This document shows positions 45,575-45,919 of a DNA stretch of 45,919 nt, piece after piece. The stretch covers positions 6,721-52,639 of the forward strand of contig CAZFSN010000001.1 of the NCBI GenBank assembly GCA_964521815.1, read 5' to 3'. Both the position numbers and the translations under genes were made by a program. The notes under the pieces are model-generated. The model had not been told where the DNA came from. It did not search any database and saw nothing but the letters and a program-made list of their open reading frames with translations. The DNA comes from an uncultured Ignavibacteria bacterium. Its GTDB lineage: Bacteria > Zixibacteria > MSB-5A5 > UBA10806 > 4484-95. How positions within the stretch are numbered: the stretch's first letter is position 1; every line of letters begins with the position of its first letter.

Positions 45575-45919
45575 TTATTTCGAAAGATGTTTGGAGATCA
45601 GCTTGGTCATTTCGAACATGCTGACCTTGGCCTTGCCGCCGAATACTCTTCTTAAAGCATCGTCAGCATTGATCATTGTTCTTTGAACCGCGTCCTGCAG
45701 TTTGTTCTTTTTGATATAAGCCCACAGCTTCTTGGTGATTTCGGTCCTGGGCAGCGGCTTGGAGCCGACCACGGCCGCCAATGCCTCGCTTATATTCCAG
45801 GGCGCCATGAAAGCCGGATTGGGTTTACGTTTGGCTTTCTTTTTCGCGACTTTTTTCTTGGTGGTTTTTTTCTTGGCTACTTTTTTCTTGGTAGCTTTTT
45901 TCTTGGTGGTTTTTTTCTT
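45575..45919 (-). CDS. SWIB/MDM2-domain protein with Lys-rich repetitive N-terminal region; 5' end lies outside the window
   Basis: The SWIB core is LAAVVGSKPLPRTEITKKLWAYIKKNKLQD...SMFEMTKLISKHL. The frame stays open upstream of the listed Met to the window edge, encoding KKKTTKKKATKKKVAKKKTTKKKVAKKKAKRKPNPAF. Confidence 0.8.
   Translation of the reverse strand, partial: KKKTTKKKATKKKVAKKKTTKKKVAKKKAKRKPNPAFMAPWNISEALAAVVGSKPLPRTEITKKLWAYIKKNKLQDAVQRTMINADDALRRVFGGKAKVSMFEMTKLISKHLSK
45842..45919 (-). repeat. 15-nt tandem coding repeat (KKKxx units) inside the SWIB gene
   Basis: CTTGG recurs on the plus strand at 45857, 45872, 45887 and 45902, an exact 15-nt period. The array runs off the window edge. 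Confidence 0.8.

Overview
This 45.9-kb window is chromosomal DNA from an unidentified bacterium, probably anaerobic or microaerotolerant. GC looks moderate to low by eye and was not computed. There is no rRNA, and the taxon cannot be assigned from this window. Coding is dense on both strands.

- **0-13 kb:** an RND efflux pair, pfk, an APC permease, a short pyruvate kinase, an 11-haem-c/cytochrome-b fusion protein (CbcL-like), and a Fur-family regulator with katG.
- **13.7-22.0 kb, minus strand:** a tightly coupled Hdr-type operon. Its order is TusA-like, MvhD-like, a 929-aa HdrA with an inserted GltD/NfnB-type NAD(P)H module, a classical HdrA, a 79-aa unknown, HdrC-like, HdrB-like and DsrE-like.
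- **22.1-23.5 kb and 35.3-36.1 kb:** decayed gene fragments. These are an internally deleted OYE-type flavoprotein, two inverted remnants of one radical-SAM family, and an SDR remnant.
- **23.5-35.3 kb (between the decay zones):** what looks like a sigma-54 regulon.
  - It contains two tandem PAS-AAA+ activators that share a C-x8-C-x3-C motif.
  - It has three candidate -24/-12 promoters.
  - Small genes here are OsmC, a DUF2173-like gene with a Cys4 mini-ORF, a USP-like gene and a NifX-DUF1847 fusion.
  - Its largest unit is a DsrK/M/O/P-type membrane redox operon whose NrfD-type subunit is fused to a six-CXXCH cytochrome c domain.
- **36-46 kb:** nitroreductase, an isochorismatase-like hydrolase, an aldo/keto reductase, tRNA-Glu(CUC), glgP-pgi-pckA, and a partial SWIB-domain gene with a Lys-rich tandem repeat.

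I recognised no CRISPR array, transposase, integrase or rRNA. The best candidates for something undescribed are the sulfur-carrier-bracketed Hdr operon and the sigma-54-controlled DsrKMOP-like complex with its accessory genes. All calls come from reading motifs and the ORF track. No searches were run.
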